Shown one piece after another: positions 52,564 through 61,044 of a DNA stretch of 64,000 nucleotides. The position numbers and the translations under genes were made by a program. Position 1 is the stretch's first letter. Every line of letters begins with the position of its first letter. The stretch is from Nitrospira sp. (lineage in GTDB: Bacteria; Nitrospirota; Nitrospiria; Nitrospirales; Nitrospiraceae), in contig SPAW01000002.1 of the NCBI GenBank assembly GCA_005239465.1, positions 40,868-104,867 on the forward strand. The letters are read 5' to 3'. The notes under the pieces are model-generated. The model ran no database searches and was not told the DNA's origin. It worked only from the letters and a program-made list of their open reading frames with translations.

Positions 52564-53950
52564 GGATACTGCCTTGATGGGGTATCTGAACATCGACCTT
52601 CGGATGTTCGGTTTGGATCGCGGCTCCAAGCGAGAGGGCCTGTTTCTCTTCTCCATGGACGATGAAAACCTTGCTGGGCAATGGAGCGATAGCGCGGACA
52701 TAAGCCAGCAGATCATTGCGATCCGCATGGGCCGAGAGGCCGTTGAATTTCACGATCTGAGCGCGTCGAGGCGTCGGCACGCCGAAGATCGGAACCACGT
52801 CCCAGCCTTCAACGAGCTTCCGCCCCAGCGTGTGCTCTGCTTGGAAACCGACAAACACGATGACGTTCGCCTCATCTTGGATGGCGTGTTTGAGATGGTG
52901 AAGGATGCGACCGCCTTCGCACATGCCGGAGGAGGAGATGATGACACAAGGCCCCCGCATCGTATTGAGCCGCTTGCTGTCTTCAGGCGATGACACAAAG
53001 TGGATGTAGCGTGACGCGAAGGGATCGCCATCCGCCGAGAAGGTCTTGAAGGTCTCTTCATCGTAGCATTCCGGATGGCGGCGAAAGACCTCGGTGGCCT
53101 TCCCGGCCAGTGGCGAATCGATATAGATGGGAATCGGATCGACGCGACCCTCACCGACCAGTTCCTTGATCCGCATGACCAGTTCCTGTGTGCGACCCAC
53201 GGCAAAGGCCGGGACGATGATCTTGCTCTTGTGGGTTCTCGCCTGGTTGATCAGATCCTGCGCCTTCTTTTTCATCTCCTCGCCGGCCTGTTCGTGCAGC
53301 CGGTCGCCATAGGTGGATTCAAGGATGAGGACGTCGCAGGGAGGAGGCGGTTCGGGATCGCGCAGAATCGGCATGTTGGAGCGGCCCAGATCGCCGCTGA
53401 AGAGGACGGTGGTGGTATTGCCGCGCGCGGTATACTTCACTCGGATCGCGGCGGACCCCAAGATGTGGCCGGCGTCGTGAAACGAGGCCGTCACACGCGG
53501 CGCGATCTTGAGTTGGTCCCCATACCGCTCACCTTCGAAACGCCTTATAATCTTACGGACATCATCGCCGTCATAGAATGGACGAACACAGGTTCTCCCG
53601 CGCCGCTGCTCTTTTTTATTGACGTAACGGCAGTCGCTTTCTTGGACGTGAGCCGAGTCTTCGAGCATGATCCCGGCCAAATCGGCGGTCGCGCGGGTGA
53701 CATAGACTTTTCCGGAGAAGCCATGTCGAGGCAAGACCGGCAAGGCTCCCGAGTGATCGATATGCGCATGGGAGAGTAAGATGACTCCCAACGACCTGGG
53801 GTCGAAGCCCAAGTCGCGGTTTTGCCGAAGGGCTTCTTCTCGGCGTCCTTGAAACAGTCCACAATCGAGTAACAGCCGGAAGCCTGGAACCTCCAGCATG
53901 TGGCGGCTTCCTGTCACCGAGCGCGCTGCCCCGTGGAACGAGAGTTTCAT
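52553..53950 (-). CDS. MBL-fold beta-CASP hydrolase (RNA-specificity domain type)
   Basis: MKLSFHGAARSVTGSRHML...LLDCGLFQG...LLSHAHIDHSGALP plus beta-CASP-like C-terminal blocks (SAHAD). ATGA overlap with the LOG gene. Confidence 0.85.
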   Translation of the reverse strand: MKLSFHGAARSVTGSRHMLEVPGFRLLLDCGLFQGRREEALRQNRDLGFDPRSLGVILLSHAHIDHSGALPVLPRHGFSGKVYVTRATADLAGIMLEDSAHVQESDCRYVNKKEQRRGRTCVRPFYDGDDVRKIIRRFEGERYGDQLKIAPRVTASFHDAGHILGSAAIRVKYTARGNTTTVLFSGDLGRSNMPILRDPEPPPPCDVLILESTYGDRLHEQAGEEMKKKAQDLINQARTHKSKIIVPAFAVGRTQELVMRIKELVGEGRVDPIPIYIDSPLAGKATEVFRRHPECYDEETFKTFSADGDPFASRYIHFVSSPEDSKRLNTMRGPCVIISSSGMCEGGRILHHLKHAIQDEANVIVFVGFQAEHTLGRKLVEGWDVVPIFGVPTPRRAQIVKFNGLSAHADRNDLLAYVRAIAPLPSKVFIVHGEEKQALSLGAAIQTEHPKVDVQIPHQGSIHEI

Positions 53951-54801
53951 GATGGCGGCACCCCATTGTAGCGTCCGATCAGATCCCAGGCTTCCTGGGC
54001 CGTCTCGGCATAGTGAAACAAACCAAGATCGTCGTGGGAGATGAGGCCATTGTCGATGAGCCATTGCCAGTTGATCAGGCGCTCCCAAAACGTCCGTCCG
54101 ACCAGTACGACCATCACGTTTTCGGTTTTGCCGGTCTGGAGCAGCGTCAGCGTTTCGAACAATTCATCGAGGGTGCCGAATCCTCCGGGAAAGGCGACGA
54201 GCGCCTTGGCTCGGATTAAGAAGTGCATTTTCCTGATGGCAAAATAGCGAAACTGAAAACTAAGTTTCGGCGTGATGTAGGGGTTTGGGTGCTGTTCGTG
54301 AGGTAAGGTGATGTTGAGGCCGATCGATTTTGCTTTCACGTCCGCCGCCCCGCGGTTGGCCGCTTCCATGATGCCTGGCCCTCCGCCGGTAACGATGACG
54401 TAGTCGCAGCGGCCATCGACTTGGCAGGTCGAGGAAACCAGCCGTCCGAACTCACGCGCCATGTCATAGTACTTCGAGAGCGCGAGCTGTCGTCGCGCAA
54501 TCGCCACCTTTTGCCGGTTTGTGGGATCATTCAGGGCTCGAGCAGCTTCCTTCTCCGCCATGTAGAGCGCATGCTTCGCGGCGACCGGTTCCTGGAGTCT
54601 CGCACTGCCGAAGACGACGATGGTCGACTGAATCCCTTCTTCACGCTGGATCAACTCGGGTTTCAAGAGTTCGAGCCCGATGCGGACGGAGCGAAGCTCC
54701 TCCCGTTGGAGAAACTCTGTGTCCTTATCGGCCGGGATATAGGAGGAGGACGTGAGGTCAGTGCGAAGGTGCGAAGTGCGATCGGAGGAATCCGGCTCCA
54801 T
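53947..54801 (-). CDS. LOG-family (TIGR00730-type) nucleotide phosphoribohydrolase
   Basis: VVFGSARL...VTGGGPGIMEAANRGA...PGGFGTLDELFETLTLLQTGK. Confidence 0.8.
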   Translation of the reverse strand: MEPDSSDRTSHLRTDLTSSSYIPADKDTEFLQREELRSVRIGLELLKPELIQREEGIQSTIVVFGSARLQEPVAAKHALYMAEKEAARALNDPTNRQKVAIARRQLALSKYYDMAREFGRLVSSTCQVDGRCDYVIVTGGGPGIMEAANRGAADVKAKSIGLNITLPHEQHPNPYITPKLSFQFRYFAIRKMHFLIRAKALVAFPGGFGTLDELFETLTLLQTGKTENVMVVLVGRTFWERLINWQWLIDNGLISHDDLGLFHYAETAQEAWDLIGRYNGVPPS

Positions 54802-54867
54802 GGCTTGCCATTATAGCGGGACCAGTGGAAGGCAGCAATTCGCCGGGAGGCGGCAAAGGACCGAGTG

Positions 54868-55293
54868 TCAAAAAGGATACGGATTGAATCGAGGACCGGA
54901 AAGATGGCGGAGAAAGCTCTGGTGCGTGACGACCCAGTTGGAGTCACAGAGTAATTCAAACGCATCGACGCCAAGGCCAGTGCGTGAAATGATCAGATCC
55001 GGGTCGAAGGGTGACCAGGGTTTCAGCAGCCAGCCGAAATTGACACGCGCGTATTTCATGTCGAGAAAGCGATACGTTGCGACAACTCCCTGATACGAGT
55101 CGGTTATGGAATCGGGTGTACCGAGCTTGGTGATCACATCAGCCAACGTGGTTTGCCCCGGAATGATGAAGGCCACGTCATCCTGCGTGAGCGTGGTATT
55201 CAGGGTGATGCGAACGACGTTGCAGCCGAGGGAAGTCACGCACATCACCGTGAAGAAGAGCATGGGGTAAATCCTGGACATAGGGAGCTTCAT
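54868..55293 (-). CDS. Lipoprotein, BamE/SmpA-like turn motif
   Basis: The lipobox is MLFFTVMCVTSLGC. GQTTLADVITKLGTPD resembles the BamE-type motif. Confidence 0.5.
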   Translation of the reverse strand: MKLPMSRIYPMLFFTVMCVTSLGCNVVRITLNTTLTQDDVAFIIPGQTTLADVITKLGTPDSITDSYQGVVATYRFLDMKYARVNFGWLLKPWSPFDPDLIISRTGLGVDAFELLCDSNWVVTHQSFLRHLSGPRFNPYPF

Positions 55294-55294
55294 C

Positions 55295-55681
55295 TCATTC
55301 TCCGAAAGGCCAGAAACGAAACTCTAGCCCATCTGTGCGCTTCGATAAAATGATGTCTTCGACGATCCCTTCACGGTTCAGAATAACGAACAGGTCGTCG
55401 CTCTTGATGGAAAAGCGTGAAAAATTGATGATGATGAGAAGCAAGCTGCCCACTTTGGCGTCATATCGATAGTACTGAAATACGTCGCGACCGTTTACTT
55501 GAAGAAGGCGATCCGGTGCCCCGAGTAGAGCGAGCATTTCGGCCTTCGTGGTCGTGCCCTTCTTGATCGCGGCGACGGCCTCGGATCCGATGTCGTCGCC
55601 CAGGGTGCCTCGGCTGAACGCACAACCCTGAACCAGCAGGCCAACTGCCATTAGGAGCAGAAGGGATCGAAGGACTATCAT
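55295..55681 (-). CDS. Lipoprotein, paralogue-like neighbour of 54868-55293
   Basis: ATG 55681 follows GGAGG. The lipobox is LLLLMAVGLLVQGC. GTTTKAEMLALLGAPD is the same motif type as in the downstream gene. Confidence 0.55.
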   Translation of the reverse strand: MIVLRSLLLLMAVGLLVQGCAFSRGTLGDDIGSEAVAAIKKGTTTKAEMLALLGAPDRLLQVNGRDVFQYYRYDAKVGSLLLIIINFSRFSIKSDDLFVILNREGIVEDIILSKRTDGLEFRFWPFGE

Positions 55682-55695
55682 GAAACCTCCTCTTT

Positions 55696-56208
55696 CTACT
55701 TGTTCTGCGAAGGAGATAAATGGCGCACAAGCACGAAATCCTGCTCGTATACTGCGTAGACCGAAGGGGCAAGCCCGACACACTGGTAGACGGTTTGGGC
55801 CGTGAGATTGTCCCGTTCCACGTACAGTCTGATCCCGCAGACCTGCGGGTCGGCCTTGGCTTTGGCGACGATATGGTCATGCATGGTCCGATAGACACCT
55901 TGGCGGCGCCAGGCCGGAGCGACGTAGACGCTCTGCACCCACCAGAAGACTGCGTTGCGCCAATCACTCCATTCAAAGGTGATCATCAACTGGCCGACGA
56001 GCCGATGGCGGCCCGCTTCAGGGAGTTCGGCAACCATAAAAAATCCGCGTTCAGGAGCAGCCAGTATTGAGAGGGTTCCTTCGCGGAGTCTGGCCCGATC
56101 GAGCCGGCGACCTTCGGTTTCCAGTGCCATGGCGGCACTGAAGGCGACAATCGAGTCCATATCTTCCCGGCGGGCTGGTCTGATGAGAATTTGATCCGGC
56201 AAGGGCAT
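55696..56208 (-). CDS. GNAT-family N-acetyltransferase
   Basis: ILIRPARREDMDSI...VYVAPAWRRQGVYRTMHDHI is the acetyl-CoA Q/RxxGxG/A-like block. The track start 56244 would overlap the DUF502 gene. Confidence 0.75.
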   Translation of the reverse strand: MPLPDQILIRPARREDMDSIVAFSAAMALETEGRRLDRARLREGTLSILAAPERGFFMVAELPEAGRHRLVGQLMITFEWSDWRNAVFWWVQSVYVAPAWRRQGVYRTMHDHIVAKAKADPQVCGIRLYVERDNLTAQTVYQCVGLAPSVYAVYEQDFVLVRHLSPSQNK

Positions 56209-56213
56209 ATGCG

Positions 56214-56819
56214 TTAGGGGATCGCTTTGGGTGCGTTGAGCCACCCTGCTCTAGGCTTGTAGAACCCGGCTGAGAACTCCATCTTCATGGCGTCTTCCGG
56301 GGGGAGATTAATCGGACGCAGCTGATGTTCCGGGACGAAGGCCAGAAAGCCTGTAAAGGGATGGATGGCAGTCGGCACGAAGACCATGAATAAATTGGCG
56401 GAAGGCTCGACTTGAATTGCTGCTGGGGCGGCCCCCATCACGAATCCGAGTGCCCAGAATCCGTCGCGAGGAAACGGAAATGCGACGACCGTGCTGCGGC
56501 CAAACCGGGATCGAAAATTTAATACATCGGTCATCCCTTTTAACGTGAGATAGATGCTCTGCACGAGCGGAATCTTCTCGAGGCGGTGTTCGAGTCGCGT
56601 CATCAGGCGTCGACCAATAACATGGTTGGCAACGACGCCGACGAGGAGGAGGAGGAGTGTCAAGAGCAGCAGGCCGAGTCCGGGGATTGGATCGGACATG
56701 TGCCTGCCCACGAGGTTGTCCAGTGCCTTGAAGAGGGTCGAGAGAATCAAGAACGTGGCCCATGCGGGGACCAGGACAAAGAGCCCAGCGATAAACAATC
56801 TCCAGAATGTCTTGATCAT
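56214..56819 (-). CDS. DUF502-family membrane protein
   Basis: Two N-terminal TM segments, then IPLVQSIYLTLKGMTDVL...FPFPRDGFWALGFV...VFVPTAIHPFTGFL. Confidence 0.7.
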   Translation of the reverse strand: MIKTFWRLFIAGLFVLVPAWATFLILSTLFKALDNLVGRHMSDPIPGLGLLLLTLLLLLVGVVANHVIGRRLMTRLEHRLEKIPLVQSIYLTLKGMTDVLNFRSRFGRSTVVAFPFPRDGFWALGFVMGAAPAAIQVEPSANLFMVFVPTAIHPFTGFLAFVPEHQLRPINLPPEDAMKMEFSAGFYKPRAGWLNAPKAIP

Positions 56820-56991
56820 TGGGATGCGACCAAGTAGCGACGGAAATATACATCAGTGTAGCAGAATTACTGCGGCGAATGGGAGGAGAACTCGAGATCT
56901 GCTTGCTCTCCATATGCACATGCATTATCCTACGAACCAGAGTCGTGTAACCCCTTTGGAGTGAGTATGAGTAAGTGGAGGGCCGGACGCC

Positions 56992-57252
56992 ATGAGCATT
57001 GATAAAGAGCTTCTTGCAATTCTCTGTTGCCCAGAGACAAAGCAACCGGTCAGTTTGGCAGATCCGTCGCTGGTCAAGAAACTCAATGAGGCTGTGGCAC
57101 GTGGTGGACTGAAGAACAAGGGAAAGAAGTCCGTGTCGGAACAGCTTGATGGAGGCCTTATTCGTGCGGACCAGAAAATTCTTTACCCCATCCGAGAAAA
57201 TATTCCGGTCATGCTGATCGAGGAAGGAATTCCTCTCGAACAGGTACGCTGA
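56992..57252 (+). CDS. Trm112/UPF0434-family small protein
   Basis: LLAILCCPETKQPV ... YPIRENIPVMLIEE. Confidence 0.8.
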   Translation: MSIDKELLAILCCPETKQPVSLADPSLVKKLNEAVARGGLKNKGKKSVSEQLDGGLIRADQKILYPIRENIPVMLIEEGIPLEQVR

Positions 57253-57377
57253 AGCGCCGTTCCCTCTCGCTTGTCCTACTCCTTCTTCCCATTCGTGAAG
57301 ATTCTGTAATTGAGCCCAATCAGCTGTTCGCTTCGATGAGTCTTCGCGCGGCACGTATGGTTGCAGCGGAAAGAAGG

Positions 57378-57665
57378 CTATGGGCCGAAGATCTGAACCT
57401 TCCCCTCCGGGCTGTCGGTCTTTGACCCAGTCGAGGTGCCACAGTGCATGCAGAGATATTCGTACAGATTGCCGGTTGGGAGGACGAGTAACAATCGTTC
57501 TCTTGTAGGGGTAGCGACCCGGCAGCGGGGACAATATAGGAGCGTAGCATTGAGCGATCTGAATTGATCTTGTGAGTCCCGTGAGGTTGCCTGGGGCCGA
57601 CTTCCCGGAGCGCGTTGGGCTTCAGGTAGCCAAGGTGATGCGGGTCTCCGAGGAGGCTGTGGCAT
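57378..57665 (-). CDS. Possible zinc-ribbon micro-protein (start unclear)
   Basis: CPRC...CMHC pair in the C-terminal half, with a low-complexity N-terminal half. Confidence 0.2.
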   Translation of the reverse strand: MPQPPRRPASPWLPEAQRAPGSRPQATSRDSQDQFRSLNATLLYCPRCRVATPTRERLLLVLPTGNLYEYLCMHCGTSTGSKTDSPEGKVQIFGP

Positions 57666-58090
57666 GTGCGATTTTATTGATGAGAGTATCGGTCGGTCAA
57701 GAGTTTTGTGAGAGAGGAAAACGTGGGTTGAGGGTCAAATCGCAATAACCCAAGCCCAGCACTAGCAGGGTGCTGAAAAAGTCCGCCAGCGTTATCGAAA
57801 GGCTAAGGCTCAGGTTAAGGCTGAGATGAAGCGAGTCGAATCTTCGCTCAAGCTTGACCTCGACCTCAGCCTACCTCTGGTGCTGCGGCCTTGCTTGAGG
57901 AGAAGCGCGTCTTGGACTTCGGCGAGCTCGCTTCGGCTGAGCTCAGCGTCGAAGCCAGTCGAGCCGCGCGCCAGGGTCGGGCGGGTGAGAATAATGGCCC
58001 TTTTGAGCATCCTGCGCGGCGTTACCTTGTTGTCGTAGACGTGCTGATCTGTGAAATTCCGGCGTGCTCACAGAGTTTTTCCGTAGCCTG

Positions 58091-58318
58091 CTAGACATCC
58101 GCAGACGATGATTCAGAGACGTGCCTCTTTCTCGCAGCTCTCCAAATTAATCGGCTGACTTGAACCAAAACATACACGGCGAGTCCACTGAGTAGGCCGT
58201 AGAGCCCGGCTCGACTCCATGGCCACAACTCTGGAGCATGAAGGACGAAACCTAAGGCAATATGTCCACCGACTCCGAGGCAGAGGGCGAAAATAATCCA
58301 CTCTCGGATCAACGCCAT
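58091..58318 (-). CDS. Small two-TM membrane protein
   Basis: MALIREWIIFALCLGVGGHIALGFVL...GLYGLLSGLAVYVLVQV. Confidence 0.4.
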   Translation of the reverse strand: MALIREWIIFALCLGVGGHIALGFVLHAPELWPWSRAGLYGLLSGLAVYVLVQVSRLIWRAARKRHVSESSSADV

Positions 58319-58380
58319 CAGTCTTACCCTGCATCTGGTCGTCAAGGAGAAGCGCGTCTCGGCCTGAAAATGGATTGAGG

Positions 58381-58749
58381 CTAGACGGCTGTCTTGGCGG
58401 ATTCGATCTCTGTCGCCGTAATCAGGCTGGAGAGATAATCTGCAACAAAATTCAAGGCTTCTTCACGACCATCGGCCCGGCGCCCTTTTTCTCGTCGTTG
58501 CACCGAGAGTTCATGTTCGAGGTCTGATTTGACCTCGCCCAAGACGCGTTGCAGAGAAGACGGAGTGAGGTTGGCGTCCATGTCCTCGAGTTCTTGACAT
58601 CGATCGAGGACCCAATTGAGCCCCTCGATACGTCCGGCATAGTGCTCCTGCTCGGCTGTATCGATGCGTGCCATGGCGGTCGCAAAGGTTTGGGCTTCGT
58701 AAATCAAGTTGTAGAAGCTAGTGACGGCTCGCTGCAAGGATGGATTCAT
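58381..58749 (-). CDS. Hypothetical helical protein (122 aa)
   Basis: Clean ORF, no family recognised. Same strand as nxrAB and downstream of it. Confidence 0.45.
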   Translation of the reverse strand: MNPSLQRAVTSFYNLIYEAQTFATAMARIDTAEQEHYAGRIEGLNWVLDRCQELEDMDANLTPSSLQRVLGEVKSDLEHELSVQRREKGRRADGREEALNFVADYLSSLITATEIESAKTAV

Positions 58750-58824
58750 GATGCTCCTTCTCTCGTATGTGAACGTCTCAAGTATACATGAGATTGCCGG
58801 GGCGACAAGGAATATTTTCTGGTG

Positions 58825-59154
58825 CTAGGTGAAGAGTAGAGAATGGAATTCGTTCATGAATCCGTAGTAGAGCGGGGCGAAGTCTTTCAGGCACTCCGGG
58901 CTTGTTTCTTTCAAGCGCTTGAAGAAGAAGATCTGGGAGCGTGGGTCGATCTGCTCCAGAAGGTGGCCGAGCTGAGCCATTGTATAGCTGCCTGCTGGGA
59001 CGCTCAGCACATAGTGAACAAGACGCTCGACGAACTGTTGGGCCACATATTCGCTGCTCAGGTACCCATCGGGGAGTTTTCCAGAGGCCAAAAACTCATC
59101 AAAGGGTATGGCTTGCGCAGCAAATGGAAGTAATTGCTGCTGGCGAGAAGTCAC
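58825..59154 (-). CDS. Hypothetical protein (109 aa)
   Basis: Clean ORF, no family recognised. It is the first ORF downstream of the nxrB terminator. Confidence 0.45.
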   Translation of the reverse strand: MTSRQQQLLPFAAQAIPFDEFLASGKLPDGYLSSEYVAQQFVERLVHYVLSVPAGSYTMAQLGHLLEQIDPRSQIFFFKRLKETSPECLKDFAPLYYGFMNEFHSLLFT

Positions 59155-59370
59155 CCTGAGGGTACTCCATGGCTGGAAGTGAACACAATACGTGAGGCAA
59201 CTCTACTGGACCCCCTATGGCCCGTCAAGTGTGCAGAAGGAGCAGCCAGGTCTGAGCCGAAAGACTGATACGACAGGAAGGGCTGTCAAAGTGAGCTCGC
59301 TCGACCGCAAACCAGCATGTTTACCTTGGCAGGCGATACCCCGCCTTGAGCATCCTTCTCTAGGAGGCCA

Positions 59371-59410
59371 CAAAACAAAAAGGGCAGGGCCCCTTTCGGA
59401 ACCCTGCCCT
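59371..59410 (-). terminator. Rho-independent terminator of nxrAB
   Basis: On the minus strand: AGGGCAGGG-TTCCGAAAGGGG-CCCTGCCCT followed by TTTTGTTTTG. Confidence 0.7.
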
Positions 59411-59633
59411 CCTATGTACTCGCAGTACTGAGGTCTGCGCGCTGAGGACTGAGATCGGGTATCTCTCTGCCCTCAGTCCTCGCGACCCAGTCCGGCTTAT
59501 TACAGCCAGGTCACGCGTCCGGCCAATCCAAGCTTGCTCGACCCGGAGCGCTGATAATCTGCGCGACGGGAGAAGCCCCGCCAGTGATCGTTGGGAGAGG
59601 CACCGCCTCTCCCAACTTTCGACCGACGTGGTC

Positions 59634-60923
59634 TTAGAGCCAAGTGACCCGTTCCGCGGGTCTGATGTAAATCGGCTCTTCGACCTGAATACGCGCCACT
59701 TCTTTGCCCGACTTGTTGAAGCCCAGCACGGTATCGTTGTACATCTCGAACCGCTTCCCGTGGATCTGGGTTTCGAACACTTTTGGCCCTGGAATGACGT
59801 CGTACCGGAAGATGATCTGCTGGCTGGCTCTCCAGAGCTGGAGCACCGCCAATAGTTCACGGCTCGGCACGAGATACTTCTCGATGGCGTTGTCCACGCC
59901 CGGGCCGAACATCTGCCGGGCATAGCCTCTCGGGCTGTGCCGTGGCGGAATGTAAAAGCCGTTGGGCTCGGTGCCCCACTGCGGATACAGCGGGAGCGCC
60001 ACCTGCTCGACCCGCACCGTGTAGTAGAGCGGGTGCCATCGGTCTTCCGCCCAGAGCCCGTCTTCGCCGATGCGATTTAGGCTCTGCATGCGGATCTTCC
60101 CCACGCAGGCGGCCATACAGCGCGTTTCCATCGGCTCGCCCCCGGTCAAGGGGTCTTTGCCTTCAATCCGCGGATAGCACGCGATGCATTTCTCGCTCAC
60201 GCGCGTGGTGCCGCGGTACATCGGCTTCTTGTACGGGCACTGCTCCACGCACTTCTTGTACCCGCGGCAGCGGTTCTGGTCGATCAACACGATGCCGTCT
60301 TCCGGCCGCTTGTAGATTGCCTTCCGCGGGCAGGCTGCCAGGCAGCCTGGGTACGTGCAGTGGTTGCAGATCCGCTGGAGATAGAAGAAGAAGGTCTCAT
60401 GCTCCGGCAGACTGCTGCCCGTCATCTTCCACGGTTCGTCCCGTGAGAACCCGGTCTTGTCGATGCCTTCCACGAGGGCGCGCATCGAGGTCGCCGTGTC
60501 TTCATAGATGTTCACGAACCGCCACTCTTGGTCCGTCGGAATATACCCGATCGCCGCCTGGCCGACTTTGGCCCCGGCGTCGAAAATGGTCATCCCTTCG
60601 AACACCCCGTAGGGCGCATGGTGCTTGCGTCCGACGCGCACGTTCCACACCTGCCCACCCGGGTTCACCTGCTCGATGAGCTGGGTGATCTTCACGTCGT
60701 AGAACTGGGGATATCCGCCGTAGGGCTTGGTTTCCACGTTGTTCCACCACATGTATTCCTGGCCCTTCGAGAAGAGCCAGGTTGACTTGTCGGCCATCGA
60801 ACAGGTCTGACAAGCCAAGCACCGATTGATGTTGAACACAAACGTGAATTGCCACTTCGGATGCCGCTCTTCGTAGGGATACAGCATCTTCCGGCCCAGT
60901 TGCCAGTTATAGACCTCAGGCAT
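59634..60923 (-). CDS. nxrB: Nitrite oxidoreductase beta subunit (periplasmic Nitrospira type)
   Basis: MPEVYNWQLGRKMLYPYEERHPKWQFTFVFNINRCLACQTCSMADK... plus further Fe-S Cys clusters (CNHCTYPGCLAACP, CRGYKKCVEQCP, CIACYPR). GGAGG precedes ATG 60923. Confidence 0.95.
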   Translation of the reverse strand: MPEVYNWQLGRKMLYPYEERHPKWQFTFVFNINRCLACQTCSMADKSTWLFSKGQEYMWWNNVETKPYGGYPQFYDVKITQLIEQVNPGGQVWNVRVGRKHHAPYGVFEGMTIFDAGAKVGQAAIGYIPTDQEWRFVNIYEDTATSMRALVEGIDKTGFSRDEPWKMTGSSLPEHETFFFYLQRICNHCTYPGCLAACPRKAIYKRPEDGIVLIDQNRCRGYKKCVEQCPYKKPMYRGTTRVSEKCIACYPRIEGKDPLTGGEPMETRCMAACVGKIRMQSLNRIGEDGLWAEDRWHPLYYTVRVEQVALPLYPQWGTEPNGFYIPPRHSPRGYARQMFGPGVDNAIEKYLVPSRELLAVLQLWRASQQIIFRYDVIPGPKVFETQIHGKRFEMYNDTVLGFNKSGKEVARIQVEEPIYIRPAERVTWL

Positions 60924-60988
60924 TGGAATTCCTCCTTCTCATCATCAAGTGGTTGTTCGTAGTGCCATTCATCAAGAGTTCCGTTTCT

Positions 60989-61041
60989 CGTCGTTCGTGA
61001 AGCGTATCTCGCGAACGACGCTTCACGCTTCACGAGATACG
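60989..61041. repeat. GTGAAGCG-type modular palindromic element in the nxrA-nxrB spacer
   Basis: CGTCGTTCG (60989-60997) and CGAACGACG (61012-61020) are perfect 9-bp arms. CGTGAAGCGTATCTCG is at 60996-61011, followed by GCTTCACG-CTTCACGAGATACG at 61020-61041. Confidence 0.75.
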
Positions 61042-61044
61042 CCG

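Noticed and set aside
56308-57534. 408-aa minus-strand ORF
   Set aside because: It spans the DUF502 gene in another frame and runs antisense across the Trm112 gene. Its composition is low-complexity Arg/Ser/Pro-rich.
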